NCBI GenBank assembly: GCA_044451405.1
Contig: JBIOKB010000001.1
Span: 1 to 51,602, forward strand
DNA from: Candidatus Babeliales bacterium
GTDB taxonomy: Bacteria > Babelota > Babeliae > Babelales > Vermiphilaceae
Reading direction: 5' to 3'
DNA: 51,602 nt
The notes under the pieces were generated by a model, which made no database searches, was not told the origin of the DNA, and saw only the letters and a program-made list of their open reading frames with translations. A program made the translations under genes and the position numbers. Positions within the stretch are counted from its first letter, which is position 1; each line of letters opens with the position of its first letter. Shown here in pieces: positions 1 to 8,802 of this stretch.

Positions 1-198
1 GGCTTTGGCGGCGTAGCATTCCTCTACACCCTTGTTCATGGATCCCACCCGGTCATTACTGGATTTTTTGGCTGCTTAACCTTTGCTCCTTACTCTGAGA
101 TCAAGGCCCAGATAAACCGCTGTTTTAACCATAAGCGTCCGGGAAGACACCATGAGAGAGACCTTGAAGCGGCAAAAGCCCTAATAAAAGTCAATTAA
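1..198 (+). CDS. 3' end of an unidentified CDS (hydrophobic C-terminal fragment); 5' end lies outside the window
   Basis: Frame +1 is open from base 1 to TAA at 196-198 (GFGGVAFLYTLVHGSHPVITGFFGCLTFAPYSEIKAQINRCFNHKRPGRHHERDLEAAKALIKVN*). The hydrophobic stretch suggests a membrane protein. No family recognised. Confidence 0.35.
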   Translation, partial: GFGGVAFLYTLVHGSHPVITGFFGCLTFAPYSEIKAQINRCFNHKRPGRHHERDLEAAKALIKVN

Positions 199-296
199 TT
201 TCTTATTGAAACAATTTAGGCCTTTTGACAACAAATCCAATTACTTTAACCTGGGATATAATAGGTTAAAAAGGACTATCTCTAAATGGGGGATTT

Positions 297-2042
297 ATGA
301 ATTGGATCAAAAAATCGGGTATTACCCTTCTCTTACTTTTCTCTCTTGGGTTTACTACGCCAAGTAAGGCAATGAGTAATTGGTATAATGCTCCTAAAGC
401 AATGCAAGATGTTGCAGAAGCATTAAAAGGGATTGGTATTAAACCTGAAGCGATTGAAGCTATTATTTCCCTCATCGAGCGTCTAAAAGAATCTGGATTA
501 GAAGTAGTTTCTCAACTTACTACCAGTCTTAATGAAACTATTCAAGGGTCTAGCGAACTTAGATCTCTTGGAAATATTCAACGAAAAATAGAAATTCTTA
601 TTAGAGCTACACAAGAATACAAAGCAAAAGCTACAGTTACGCCCTTACCTAAATATGACAAAGAACATAAACGAGCTGCAGCAGAAGTAGAAACAAAGAC
701 CAAACATAATGTTCAATTCTCATTGACTCAAGAACTAAGTCCAGTAGTAAATGATCTAAAATTTATGACAACCACTGTTCAACCAGTTATTGAAGAAATA
801 GAAAAATTACTTAATGAGTTAAGGTCTAAAATAGAGCAACGTATAGCTACATATGAAAATGAAAAAAAACTCAAAGATAGCGAACAAAAAAGAGACGCTG
901 AAAAAAAAGCTATTCAAGCTTCTGCAGAAAAACCAAAAGAAGTAATACAACAAGCTTCGGCTCTTACTTCTCTAAAAGAAAAACAAACCTCATTAGCCGT
1001 AATAAGTGAGCATTTAACAAACATACAATCCACTACATCTACACCTTCAGAAGTACTTACTGAATTAATTGAATTAAAAAAAGAAATAGATAGCGCAATC
1101 GTACACTTTAAAGGTGGTTTAGCCGGTGTATTAGACGATACCATTAAAGATCTTACTGATGGATTAAGCAGCACTGGTAAGACCATTTCTACTAATATAT
1201 CTGAAGACTTACAACTAAACTTGCGTGCTGCACTTGGGCCATCAAAGATGATTACTATCATGGAAAAAATTGATACATGGCTCAAATACTATAATCCTCA
1301 GGAAGCCTCTGCAAGCTCAAGACGTGCCGATAAAAAATTTATTATTACCATTAAAGAGTATAGCGCCGACCTTGATTATTTATTTAATGCTATGAATCAT
1401 AACAACCCGCAAAAAGCAGATACTCGTTTGGGTGAACTTATAGGGCAACTTAAAGCCGCAGTTAAACATTATAAACAAAAGATTTTAGTAGATACAAAAG
1501 ATGGAAGAATCGTAATCAGAGAAACTGTAGATAAAGAAACTATAACCAAAGAAAACAATACTTTATATGAAACTATATGTCGAACGAATGAAGAACTTGT
1601 TAATCATTTACAAGGTACTCTAGCAAATATCATAAACGCTCTTAAGCATAACCTCTTTCAAGTTGTAGATAAATTCAATGAAAAATTCACTGCAAACACA
1701 GACAAAATTACGGGTTCTTTTAATAGCCTACACACTACGGTTATAAGAGAGGGCATTAATGTCCGACGTATGGTTAACAAAGATCTTCCCCGCACTCTTT
1801 TAAAAGGCGTTGGCTACTTAACCTGTGGTACCATTGCCGCATTAGCCGCATTCCACATCATATGGCATGAGCGTCCATTGCAAGCACATCTTAAAAATAT
1901 TGGAATAGCTGCAGGATCATTGATTGGTATGTTCTTTGTTGATCCTATTGTTAATTACTTCCGCCCAGCACGAGCATCAAAGCAAGAACTACGAGAATTA
2001 GAAAATGCAAAGCTAAAAGTAGAACATCTGAGAACAGTTTAA
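297..2042 (+). CDS. Orphan secreted/membrane-anchored alpha-helical (coiled-coil-like) protein, 581 aa
   Basis: Long ORF with a GGGGG Shine-Dalgarno-like run just upstream. N-terminal Sec-type signal (MNWIKKSGITLLLLFSLGFTTPSKA). Long K/E/Q-rich helical body. Two closely spaced C-terminal hydrophobic helices (LLKGVGYLTCGTIAALAAFHIIW ... IGIAAGSLIGMFFVDPIVNYF). No family recognised. Confidence 0.6.
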   Translation: MNWIKKSGITLLLLFSLGFTTPSKAMSNWYNAPKAMQDVAEALKGIGIKPEAIEAIISLIERLKESGLEVVSQLTTSLNETIQGSSELRSLGNIQRKIEILIRATQEYKAKATVTPLPKYDKEHKRAAAEVETKTKHNVQFSLTQELSPVVNDLKFMTTTVQPVIEEIEKLLNELRSKIEQRIATYENEKKLKDSEQKRDAEKKAIQASAEKPKEVIQQASALTSLKEKQTSLAVISEHLTNIQSTTSTPSEVLTELIELKKEIDSAIVHFKGGLAGVLDDTIKDLTDGLSSTGKTISTNISEDLQLNLRAALGPSKMITIMEKIDTWLKYYNPQEASASSRRADKKFIITIKEYSADLDYLFNAMNHNNPQKADTRLGELIGQLKAAVKHYKQKILVDTKDGRIVIRETVDKETITKENNTLYETICRTNEELVNHLQGTLANIINALKHNLFQVVDKFNEKFTANTDKITGSFNSLHTTVIREGINVRRMVNKDLPRTLLKGVGYLTCGTIAALAAFHIIWHERPLQAHLKNIGIAAGSLIGMFFVDPIVNYFRPARASKQELRELENAKLKVEHLRTV

Positions 2043-2075
2043 TAGTATCTGGCTCAGTAATAAGTAATGCAATTC

Positions 2076-3377
2076 TTACTTCTTCCGCTGTGCTGCAAAT
2101 TCCTGCATTAACGCTTCAATATCACGTGCAGCTTTAGGAATGTATTCGCTCAAGCATTCTGCGCCATCTTCAACAATCCAATAGTCATCTTCTATACGAA
2201 TACCAATACCTTCTTCAGGAATATAGATTCCCGGTTCTATGGTAATAACATCACCTGGTCGTAGTGGCGTTGCATAATCTCCCACATCATGCACATCAAG
2301 CCCAAGATAATGCCCAATGCCATGGGGGAAGTATTTGTCATACCCACGTTCCTGCAAATATTTTTTTGCCAAATGATTTAATGACATGTCTGGATGTTCT
2401 TTATTAGAAAGCCAATACCCTGGCTTTGCAATGCTTGCAATATATTCTTGTGTCTCAAGAACGAGATCATATAACTCACGTTGTCGCTCGGTAAACGTAC
2501 CTGACACCGGATAGGTCCGGGTAATATCAGCGCAATAATAATTATACTCAGCACCAATATCAACAATGACCAAATCACCTTTTTGTATCTCCGCATTGTT
2601 ATCATGATAATGGAGCACGGTACCATTTTTACCACTCGCTACAATGCTCGGAAACGCTGCCCGAGCTCCTGAACCGGTAAAGATATACTCTATTCCTGCC
2701 TGCACTTCACATTCAAGCGCTCCAGGAGCGATAGTTTGTGCAGCAATTTCTTGTGCCATTGAGGTTAATTCAATTGCTTTATATATGAACTCTATTTCTT
2801 TAAAATCTTTTGGTCTACGCATAGAAGCTACCAAGGGTGAAATATCAACTACTATATCAGCTAATGCTGGCAAAAATATTTTTAGGCGTTCCAGCAATAA
2901 TCGTTGTTCACTATACTCTTTTGCGTTGGCTGGCACTAGAGTAAAAATCGGCGTTTTTGCAACTGCATATCCTTGTAAAATGGCAAGCAGATACTCATAT
3001 TCCTGCCGTGGAAACATAGGATAAAACTGATAGCCAACACATTGACTGCCCAAATGTTTAATTTCGGTAAAACTTAATTTTTGTGCGTGTTCATCAGATG
3101 GAGTAAGAACTGATGTCATCCATTTCTCACGTTCATTGCCACAATTAGGAATCCAGAGTGTTGATGAACCATCAAGATTGAGTACCGCTACAACACCAGG
3201 CTCAGTAATTCCCGTATAATAGTAAAAAGAACTTTCTTGTCTAAAGAGTAACCGGGACTGCTCAAAACCGGCAAACAATACAATAACACCACCATTGCGT
3301 GCCTGGGGCATTTCTTTAACCCGTTCAATAAGCTCTTTTCTGCGATCACTGTAAGAAGTTGCTCCACGTACGTTCAT
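2076..3377 (-). CDS. pepP: Xaa-Pro aminopeptidase (M24B family)
   Basis: 433-aa ORF with the M24 metal-ligand motifs in order: DIGAEYNYYCADITRT, HGIGHYLGLDVHD, EPGIY, IRIEDD. Confidence 0.85.
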   Translation of the reverse strand: MNVRGATSYSDRRKELIERVKEMPQARNGGVIVLFAGFEQSRLLFRQESSFYYYTGITEPGVVAVLNLDGSSTLWIPNCGNEREKWMTSVLTPSDEHAQKLSFTEIKHLGSQCVGYQFYPMFPRQEYEYLLAILQGYAVAKTPIFTLVPANAKEYSEQRLLLERLKIFLPALADIVVDISPLVASMRRPKDFKEIEFIYKAIELTSMAQEIAAQTIAPGALECEVQAGIEYIFTGSGARAAFPSIVASGKNGTVLHYHDNNAEIQKGDLVIVDIGAEYNYYCADITRTYPVSGTFTERQRELYDLVLETQEYIASIAKPGYWLSNKEHPDMSLNHLAKKYLQERGYDKYFPHGIGHYLGLDVHDVGDYATPLRPGDVITIEPGIYIPEEGIGIRIEDDYWIVEDGAECLSEYIPKAARDIEALMQEFAAQRKK

Positions 3378-3385
3378 GATAATCC

Positions 3386-3985
3386 TTAAAATGGCCTTCG
3401 TTCTGATAATGCTTTATATACGGTTAAACGATCCATAAATTCTAACGAAGAACCTACGGGAATACCGCGCGCTAAACAGGAAACCACTACTGATGTTTCT
3501 TTTAATTTGGTTGCAATATACGCGGCAGTCGCTTCACCTTCAGGTGTCTGATTCATTGCTAAAATAATTTCGCGTGCACCATTGTGCGCACGAATCACCA
3601 GCGGCTCTATAGTTAAATCACCGGCACTAATGCCTTCAAGAGGCGATACCGCTCCACCAAGTACGTGGTATACCCCGGTATAGCCGCCAGTTTTTTCAAT
3701 AGCCAACAGTTCTTGCCATGTTTCAACAACACAAATAAGCCCCTGATCACGTTTGGGAGAACTACAAAATACACAGCCACGCTCCCGTTCTTTCCAACAA
3801 AAACAGATCTCACAGGGCAAAATATTGTGTTTAGCTTCTAAGAGCATGGCACAGAAATATTCAAGCTTTTCCTGATCCATGTGCAGAAAATGATCTCCCA
3901 CACGGTAGATATTTTTTGAAGCGAGGTAAGGAATTTGCTGCAACGCTTTAAGAAGCTTTGCTAATGAAGGCAAATCCGACATCAT
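3386..3985 (-). CDS. recR: Recombination protein RecR
   Basis: 199 aa. Cys4 zinc finger (CEICFCW...CVFCSS) followed by a Toprim-like segment (ICVVETWQELLAIEKTGGYTGVYHVLGG). 3-nt gap to yidC and 8-nt gap to pepP. Confidence 0.9.
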   Translation of the reverse strand: MMSDLPSLAKLLKALQQIPYLASKNIYRVGDHFLHMDQEKLEYFCAMLLEAKHNILPCEICFCWKERERGCVFCSSPKRDQGLICVVETWQELLAIEKTGGYTGVYHVLGGAVSPLEGISAGDLTIEPLVIRAHNGAREIILAMNQTPEGEATAAYIATKLKETSVVVSCLARGIPVGSSLEFMDRLTVYKALSERRPF

Positions 3986-3988
3986 GAG

Positions 3989-5539
3989 TTATGCCACCTT
4001 GAGTTTATGTTGAATAGCTGTTTGAAGAACACCTAATACCGTACTTACAAAAATATATAAACACAATCCGGTAGAGAAATTAATAGATAATGCACCAAAT
4101 ACACATGCCATCACTATAAATTGAGTACGTTGTTTTGCATCCATGGTAGCTGCTTGCACCAGCATGGTGAGTGCAATGAGTATCGGTAAAATATAATACG
4201 GATCTGCTTGTGAAAGATCCTTAATCCATAAGCCAAATGGGGCTTGATATAATTCAATAGCGCTTGAGAGAACTCGACTGAGTGCAATAAATATTGGAAT
4301 TTGCAGCAAGAGCGGTAGACAACCACTTAATCCTGGCATGCCTTGCTGGCGAAGCAACTCCGCTCGTTCACGATTTAACTGTTCCTGATCATCTTTGTAT
4401 TTGTTTTGGATATACTGTAATTTACGCTGCATTTCACTCATCTTTTTCATGCTCTTTGCTCCCTTAAGCGTAAAGGGCAAGAGCAACAATTTAATGAGCA
4501 GGGTTAATATAATAATGGCAAGACCATAGTTATACACATATCCATATAAGAATGTTAAAAGCTTAAGTAATAGGTTAGATATCGGTGCTAACCAGCCTGC
4601 ATAATCCAATGTATGCTCAAGACGCGGATCTACCACCCGCATTACTTTTTCTTCTTTTGGTCCCATATAAAATGAAAGCGACCATGCCTGTTCTTGATTA
4701 ACTACAGGCCCTTCAACAATAGCTACCGTATCCTGAGGTGAGAAAACCTTAAAATAGGCGCGCTGGGTAAATTGAGCAGGATCTTGTATAAGCGCATGGG
4801 CAAAATAGCGGTTATCAAGACCTACTAACGTTGGTGCAAACCATGCTTTATCTGATGTAAGACGGGAAAGCTGTATTTTAGTTATTGTATTTCGTTCTTC
4901 ACTAATAATTCCCGCTTTAGTATCAGTAGAAGCAATATCAGGCATTATCGGCGTTGGTATAAAGATACGCGCCTGTACTGCACTCCCATGGTGTGGGGAA
5001 ACGGTGAGCGTAAGCCCTATTTTGTACTGCTCTTTAAATACGGTAAATGTTTTAGTCAGCGTAGCTTCATGGGTGTGTGCGGTATAGGTAATTTCATGGG
5101 TTTCAACCGTATCTGTATGGGATACCAGCGTATATTCCCATGGCGTATGCTTTTCCAATGCTACTAAGAAACAAAGTTTTTCAGGATTTCCATCAGAAAC
5201 GAGGGGAAATATGGTTGAAATTTCACGCGGGACACCGCCCAGTTCTTTTTTAAATTCAAGACGTTCAAGTACTGCACCATTGCTGGAAAATGAGGCCCGC
5301 ATAAGAGGGGTATCAACTTCCGTAATTACCGGCGTTGTAACCTTCTTTGTTTTAACCAGATCAACATCAAAGAGTAGCTGTTTTAATACATCAGAATGTT
5401 GCTCTTTAGGTACCACAAAACTTTGGCCTGATTGTAACCCCGTTGATTTGTCCCCTTTTTTATTAAAAAGGAAATATTCAATGCCCCACGTAGTAAGTAA
5501 TGCTAAACAAACAATAACTACCAATTCTTTAATATTCAT
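3989..5539 (-). CDS. yidC: Membrane protein insertase YidC (long form with large periplasmic domain)
   Basis: 516 aa. N-terminal TM helix, about 300-aa periplasmic domain, then the conserved C-terminal 5-TM core (KMSEMQRKLQYIQNKYKDDQEQLNRERAELLRQQG..PGLSGCLPLLLQIPIFIAL). Confidence 0.9.
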   Translation of the reverse strand: MNIKELVVIVCLALLTTWGIEYFLFNKKGDKSTGLQSGQSFVVPKEQHSDVLKQLLFDVDLVKTKKVTTPVITEVDTPLMRASFSSNGAVLERLEFKKELGGVPREISTIFPLVSDGNPEKLCFLVALEKHTPWEYTLVSHTDTVETHEITYTAHTHEATLTKTFTVFKEQYKIGLTLTVSPHHGSAVQARIFIPTPIMPDIASTDTKAGIISEERNTITKIQLSRLTSDKAWFAPTLVGLDNRYFAHALIQDPAQFTQRAYFKVFSPQDTVAIVEGPVVNQEQAWSLSFYMGPKEEKVMRVVDPRLEHTLDYAGWLAPISNLLLKLLTFLYGYVYNYGLAIIILTLLIKLLLLPFTLKGAKSMKKMSEMQRKLQYIQNKYKDDQEQLNRERAELLRQQGMPGLSGCLPLLLQIPIFIALSRVLSSAIELYQAPFGLWIKDLSQADPYYILPILIALTMLVQAATMDAKQRTQFIVMACVFGALSINFSTGLCLYIFVSTVLGVLQTAIQHKLKVA

Positions 5540-5636
5540 GCGTATAGGACCTTTTACGACAAGTGAAATTGCAATTTAATAGGGATAGGGTAACAAAGAA
5601 TCGGCCTATCGGCTAGCAAGAAGTACGCTCAACTCT

Positions 5637-5652
5637 AGCAATTTACATTGCT
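5637..5652. promoter_or_regulatory. Perfect 6-bp inverted repeat AGCAAT-TTAC-ATTGCT in the yidC / MerR-like divergent intergenic region (candidate operator)
   Basis: Read directly: AGCAAT (5637-5642), 4-nt spacer, ATTGCT (5647-5652). It lies about 40-70 nt upstream of the possible starts of the MerR-like gene. Function is purely conjectural. Confidence 0.15.
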
Positions 5653-5691
5653 GCTTACTTAGGCTATAAAAACATGCGATACGAATAACCT

Positions 5692-6084
5692 ATGTATCCT
5701 AAAAAAAGGAAGTATATGAGAATGCAAAAGCGGCAGTTCCGCATTGGTGATTTGGCAAAACAACTTGACATAGAAAAATTTGTTATTCGATTCTGGGAAA
5801 AAGAGTTTGCGGTTAATACCACCCGTTCCATCGGCGGTCAACGGTTTTATAGCCAAGAAGATCTTGATAGGTTTCAACATATTAAAACATTACTCTACGA
5901 TGAAGGCTTTACTATAGCAGGCGCTAAGAAACATCTAAAGTCATCACCTATGGTCGTAGGATCACATAAAACAACCATGCAGGCTGATACAGCACCAATA
6001 GAAACACCATGTCTTGATACCACCGTACAAGAACAGTTGCGCGACTTGAAAATACAGCTGATAAAATTACGCGAGTTGCTTTAA
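5692..6084 (+). CDS. MerR-family HTH transcriptional regulator (short)
   Basis: N-terminal MerR-type wHTH signature (FRIGDLAKQLDIEKFVIRFWEKEF...GGQRFYSQEDLDRFQHIKTLLYDEGFTIAGAKKHL) and a C-terminal helical tail. The true start may be the ATG at 5716 or 5722, downstream of AGGAAG at 5707-5712. Confidence 0.7.
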   Translation: MYPKKRKYMRMQKRQFRIGDLAKQLDIEKFVIRFWEKEFAVNTTRSIGGQRFYSQEDLDRFQHIKTLLYDEGFTIAGAKKHLKSSPMVVGSHKTTMQADTAPIETPCLDTTVQEQLRDLKIQLIKLRELL

Positions 6085-6125
6085 CCATTGATTGTCAATA
6101 CCGCCTGTTTCGGCTATCGTAGTAC

Positions 6126-7538
6126 ATGTCTTTTCACATAACTAGGAAGTACATGTATAACAAAAAAGCACACATACATTTTGTTGGCATCGGCGGTATA
6201 GGCATGAGCGGTATTGCAACTATTTTAAAATACCAAGGGTATACCATCTCTGGTTGCGATGCAGATTTAGATCAGCAGAGTGTACGCAATTTACAATCAC
6301 TTGGATGCACTATTGCCCAAGGCAACAACACTCCGATATGTCACGATCCTGCTATTGATATTGTAGTATATTCATCGGCAATACGTTCAGAAAATCCAGA
6401 AATTACTGCAGCACAAGCACGCGGAATTCCTACCATACCACGCGCACTCATGCTTGCTGAACTCATGCGCACAAAATACAGCATTGCTATTGGTGGGTCG
6501 CACGGCAAAACTACCACTACATCGCTCATTTCCCACATTCTTATGGAAGCACAGATGGATCCTACCGTGATCATTGGTGGCCATCTTAAAACTATTTCAA
6601 CCAATGCTCGTTTGGGAGACGGCGATTTTTTAGTTGCTGAAACCGATGAAAGCGATCGATCATTATTGCATCTGCAAGCAACTCTTGCGGTGGTTACCAA
6701 TATCGATCTTGAACATCTTGAAACATATAAAGATCTCGATGATATTAAAGATACGTTTAAACAGTTTTTAAATAATCTTCCCTTTTACGGCAAAGCATTT
6801 GTCTGTATCGATGATGAACACGTGCGCTCACTGTTGCCATTACCCCACATAAAAACGGTAAAATATGGCCTCGAGCCCGATGCTGATATCTACGCACAGG
6901 ACATTACGCTCAACTCAGACCATTCCACGTTTTCTGTATGGCACAGAGGTGCTCTGCTTGGCGATGTGTATGTCACCATGCCAGGGCGGCACAACGTGTT
7001 AAATACGCTCGCAGCATGCGCGGTAGCACTCGATCTTGCTATTCCCTTTGCAACCATAGTTGATGCATTGCGTACGTTTAAAGGCATTGAGCGCCGTTTT
7101 TCACATCGCGGTACATTTAAAGGCGCAGATATTTTTGATGATTATGGTCATCATCCTAATGAGATTTTAAATACCCTATTGGTTGCACGTAAACGAAGCT
7201 CCAACAAAGTCACGGTCATTTTCCAACCCCATCGCTATACACGCACACACAAGCTCTGGGATTCATTTGTTAAAACATTTGTTGAAAGTAATATCGATCA
7301 TCTTATTATCACCGATATTTATGCAGCAAGTGAACATCCCATACCCGATGTTACCAGCCAGCGTTTGGTCGATGAAATTAAAAAATATAATCCCCGCTTT
7401 ACTATCAGCTATGCACCATATGATCATAATTTTAACACCATTGCCCAGCAGCTTGATCCTCTGATTTCCCAGGGAGACTTGGTGTTACTTTTAGGTGCAG
7501 GCAAAATCAATAAAATGGCTGAACTACTTATACCCTGA
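6126..7538 (+). CDS. murC: UDP-N-acetylmuramate--L-alanine ligase
   Basis: 470 aa. N-terminal Rossmann motif HFVGIGGIGMSGIA, Mur ligase P-loop GSHGKTTTTS, DESD and C-terminal domain motifs. An alternative start is ATG 6153. Confidence 0.9.
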   Translation: MSFHITRKYMYNKKAHIHFVGIGGIGMSGIATILKYQGYTISGCDADLDQQSVRNLQSLGCTIAQGNNTPICHDPAIDIVVYSSAIRSENPEITAAQARGIPTIPRALMLAELMRTKYSIAIGGSHGKTTTTSLISHILMEAQMDPTVIIGGHLKTISTNARLGDGDFLVAETDESDRSLLHLQATLAVVTNIDLEHLETYKDLDDIKDTFKQFLNNLPFYGKAFVCIDDEHVRSLLPLPHIKTVKYGLEPDADIYAQDITLNSDHSTFSVWHRGALLGDVYVTMPGRHNVLNTLAACAVALDLAIPFATIVDALRTFKGIERRFSHRGTFKGADIFDDYGHHPNEILNTLLVARKRSSNKVTVIFQPHRYTRTHKLWDSFVKTFVESNIDHLIITDIYAASEHPIPDVTSQRLVDEIKKYNPRFTISYAPYDHNFNTIAQQLDPLISQGDLVLLLGAGKINKMAELLIP

Positions 7539-7656
7539 AAACAGAAAAAGCCCCGTTAAATCCTTGCTTTTCTCTCCAAAAGTTTACTAATGTATAATTA
7601 TAGAGTTTTTAATAATTCTTTATAAAAGACACATTGTTTCAAATAGGAGAGTTAGT

Positions 7657-8067
7657 ATGAATATGCGTGCTAAATTAGTTATAGCATCTGTCCTGTTAGG
7701 CGCCATTATGATCCAAGAACAGGTATGGGCATGGAATTGGCCTTGGGAAAAGAAGGAAACTACCCAAGAAGAGAAAGCAACCACGACAAAAACCAGCAAA
7801 AAAGAAGAAAAACGCGAAAGAAAACAAGAAGCTAAAGAGCGTAAAAAAGAGAGAAAAGAACAAAAACATCACCGACGATTCCATGAAAACCCTGAAGCTA
7901 AAGGTGCTGTAGGTGGCGCTGCTTCTGGTGCCTTAGTTGGTGGCCTTGCTGGTGGCCCAGTAGGAGTAGTTATCGGTGCGGGCGTTGGTGCCGGTGCAGG
8001 TGCTGGAATTGGCGCAGGTGTACGTCATAGACGCGAACGCCGTGAAGAACAAAGACAAGAAAAATAA
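7657..8067 (+). CDS. Secreted glycine-zipper protein with K/E/R-rich segments
   Basis: AGGAGA Shine-Dalgarno 7 nt upstream. Signal peptide (MNMRAKLVIASVLLGAIMIQEQVWA), then KKEEKRERKQEAKERKKERKEQK, then a GxxxG/A zipper (GAVGGAASGALVGGLAGGPVGVVIGAGVGAGAGAGIGAG), then an RHRRERREEQRQEK tail. Confidence 0.6.
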   Translation: MNMRAKLVIASVLLGAIMIQEQVWAWNWPWEKKETTQEEKATTTKTSKKEEKRERKQEAKERKKERKEQKHHRRFHENPEAKGAVGGAASGALVGGLAGGPVGVVIGAGVGAGAGAGIGAGVRHRRERREEQRQEK

Positions 8068-8078
8068 TGGAGAAACCT

Positions 8079-8459
8079 ATGAAATCGTATATCAATTCGT
8101 TATGTATCGCCCTCACTCTTACAACTTCAGTTGTTATCGCTGACAACGATGTTCTTACCTATGGGCTTCTTGGAACCGCTATAGGTGGTGCTGCTGGTGG
8201 TGGAAGAGGTGCTGCAATTGGTGCCGGTACCGGGCTTGCTGTAGGGGCTATAAGTGAAAGCTCAAAAAATAGAGATAGAGGCAGCAGCAGACATCAATCT
8301 CATAAACAGCTGCGCCGTCAAATAAGGGAACTTGAGGAAGAACTTTCTGATGTTGAAGAACTTGCTGCAGAGTTAAGACAAGAAAATAAGCGACTTATGA
8401 AAGAGAATAAAGAGCTCAAGAAAAAATTGAAACAACAGTCATCACCAAAAAATAAGTAA
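8079..8459 (+). CDS. Secreted glycine-zipper protein with coiled-coil charged tail (second copy of the pair)
   Basis: ATG at 8079 is preceded by GGAG (8069-8072). The ORF track starts it at 8067, where ATG overlaps the upstream TAA (TAATG). Signal peptide MKSYINSLCIALTLTTSVVIA, zipper GLLGTAIGGAAGGGRGAAIGAGTGLAVGA, then a heptad-like tail (LRRQIRELEEELSDVEELAAELRQENKRLMKENKELKKKLKQ). Confidence 0.6.
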   Translation: MKSYINSLCIALTLTTSVVIADNDVLTYGLLGTAIGGAAGGGRGAAIGAGTGLAVGAISESSKNRDRGSSRHQSHKQLRRQIRELEEELSDVEELAAELRQENKRLMKENKELKKKLKQQSSPKNK

Positions 8460-8479
8460 TTTTTGAGCACTGTTATTAA

Positions 8480-8517
8480 TAGCCTGTGACATATTTGTCA
8501 CGGGCTATTTGTTTTTA
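8480..8517 (+). terminator. Rho-independent terminator after the glycine-zipper gene pair
   Basis: 12-bp stem TAGCCTGTGACA / TGTCACGGGCTA (one G-U pair), 4-nt loop TATT, followed by TTTGTTTTTA. Lies 21 nt after the stop codon. Confidence 0.65.
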
Positions 8518-8577
8518 TCTCTAACCATTGAACTTTCACTCTTTCTCTCGGTACCTTAAGCCATAGAAAGGGTTACC

Positions 8578-8802
8578 ATGAAAAAGATAGCAGGAATAGT
8601 GTTAGGATTTTGTATTACTTATGCAGCCAACATGCATGCTGATTGCAGCAGCTTTAACCAACGTTTTGGCGTTAACGGTTACTTAACAAGCTTGCCACTC
8701 TATTACAAAGGCAACGAGTTTTATAAGCAGTACAAAAATAAAGACAAGCGGACGGCAAGAAAAAAACAAAGTTATAGAAAAAATCATAAAGATAATGCTT
8801 AG
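8578..8802 (+). CDS. Small basic secreted protein, unknown function (74 aa)
   Basis: AAAGGG upstream of the ATG. N-terminal signal-like segment MKKIAGIVLGFCITYAANMHA and a lysine-rich tail. No family recognised. Confidence 0.4.
   Translation: MKKIAGIVLGFCITYAANMHADCSSFNQRFGVNGYLTSLPLYYKGNEFYKQYKNKDKRTARKKQSYRKNHKDNA

Noticed and set aside
225-262. Perfect TTGACA (225-230) and perfect TATAAT (257-262) upstream of the first full gene
   Set aside because: The spacing is 26 nt, far from the 16-18 nt needed for a sigma70 promoter. The TATAAT alone may still be a -10 box, but I cannot support a full promoter call.
2062-2081. Hairpin AAGTAA-N8-TTACTT between convergent genes, considered as a possible bidirectional terminator
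   Set aside because: It has only 6 AT-rich base pairs and an 8-nt loop. It overlaps the pepP stop codon and has no flanking U-tract.
7790-7866. Purine-rich low-complexity tract that looks like a repeat
   Set aside because: It is simply the coding sequence for the K/E/R-rich segment of the first glycine-zipper protein. It has no exact tandem unit.
7948-8200. Two copies of the E. coli Chi octamer GCTGGTGG (7948-7955 and 8193-8200)
   Set aside because: Both fall in Gly/Ala codon runs of the glycine-zipper genes (GCT GGT GG), so they are expected by chance from the coding. Chi sequences are also lineage-specific.
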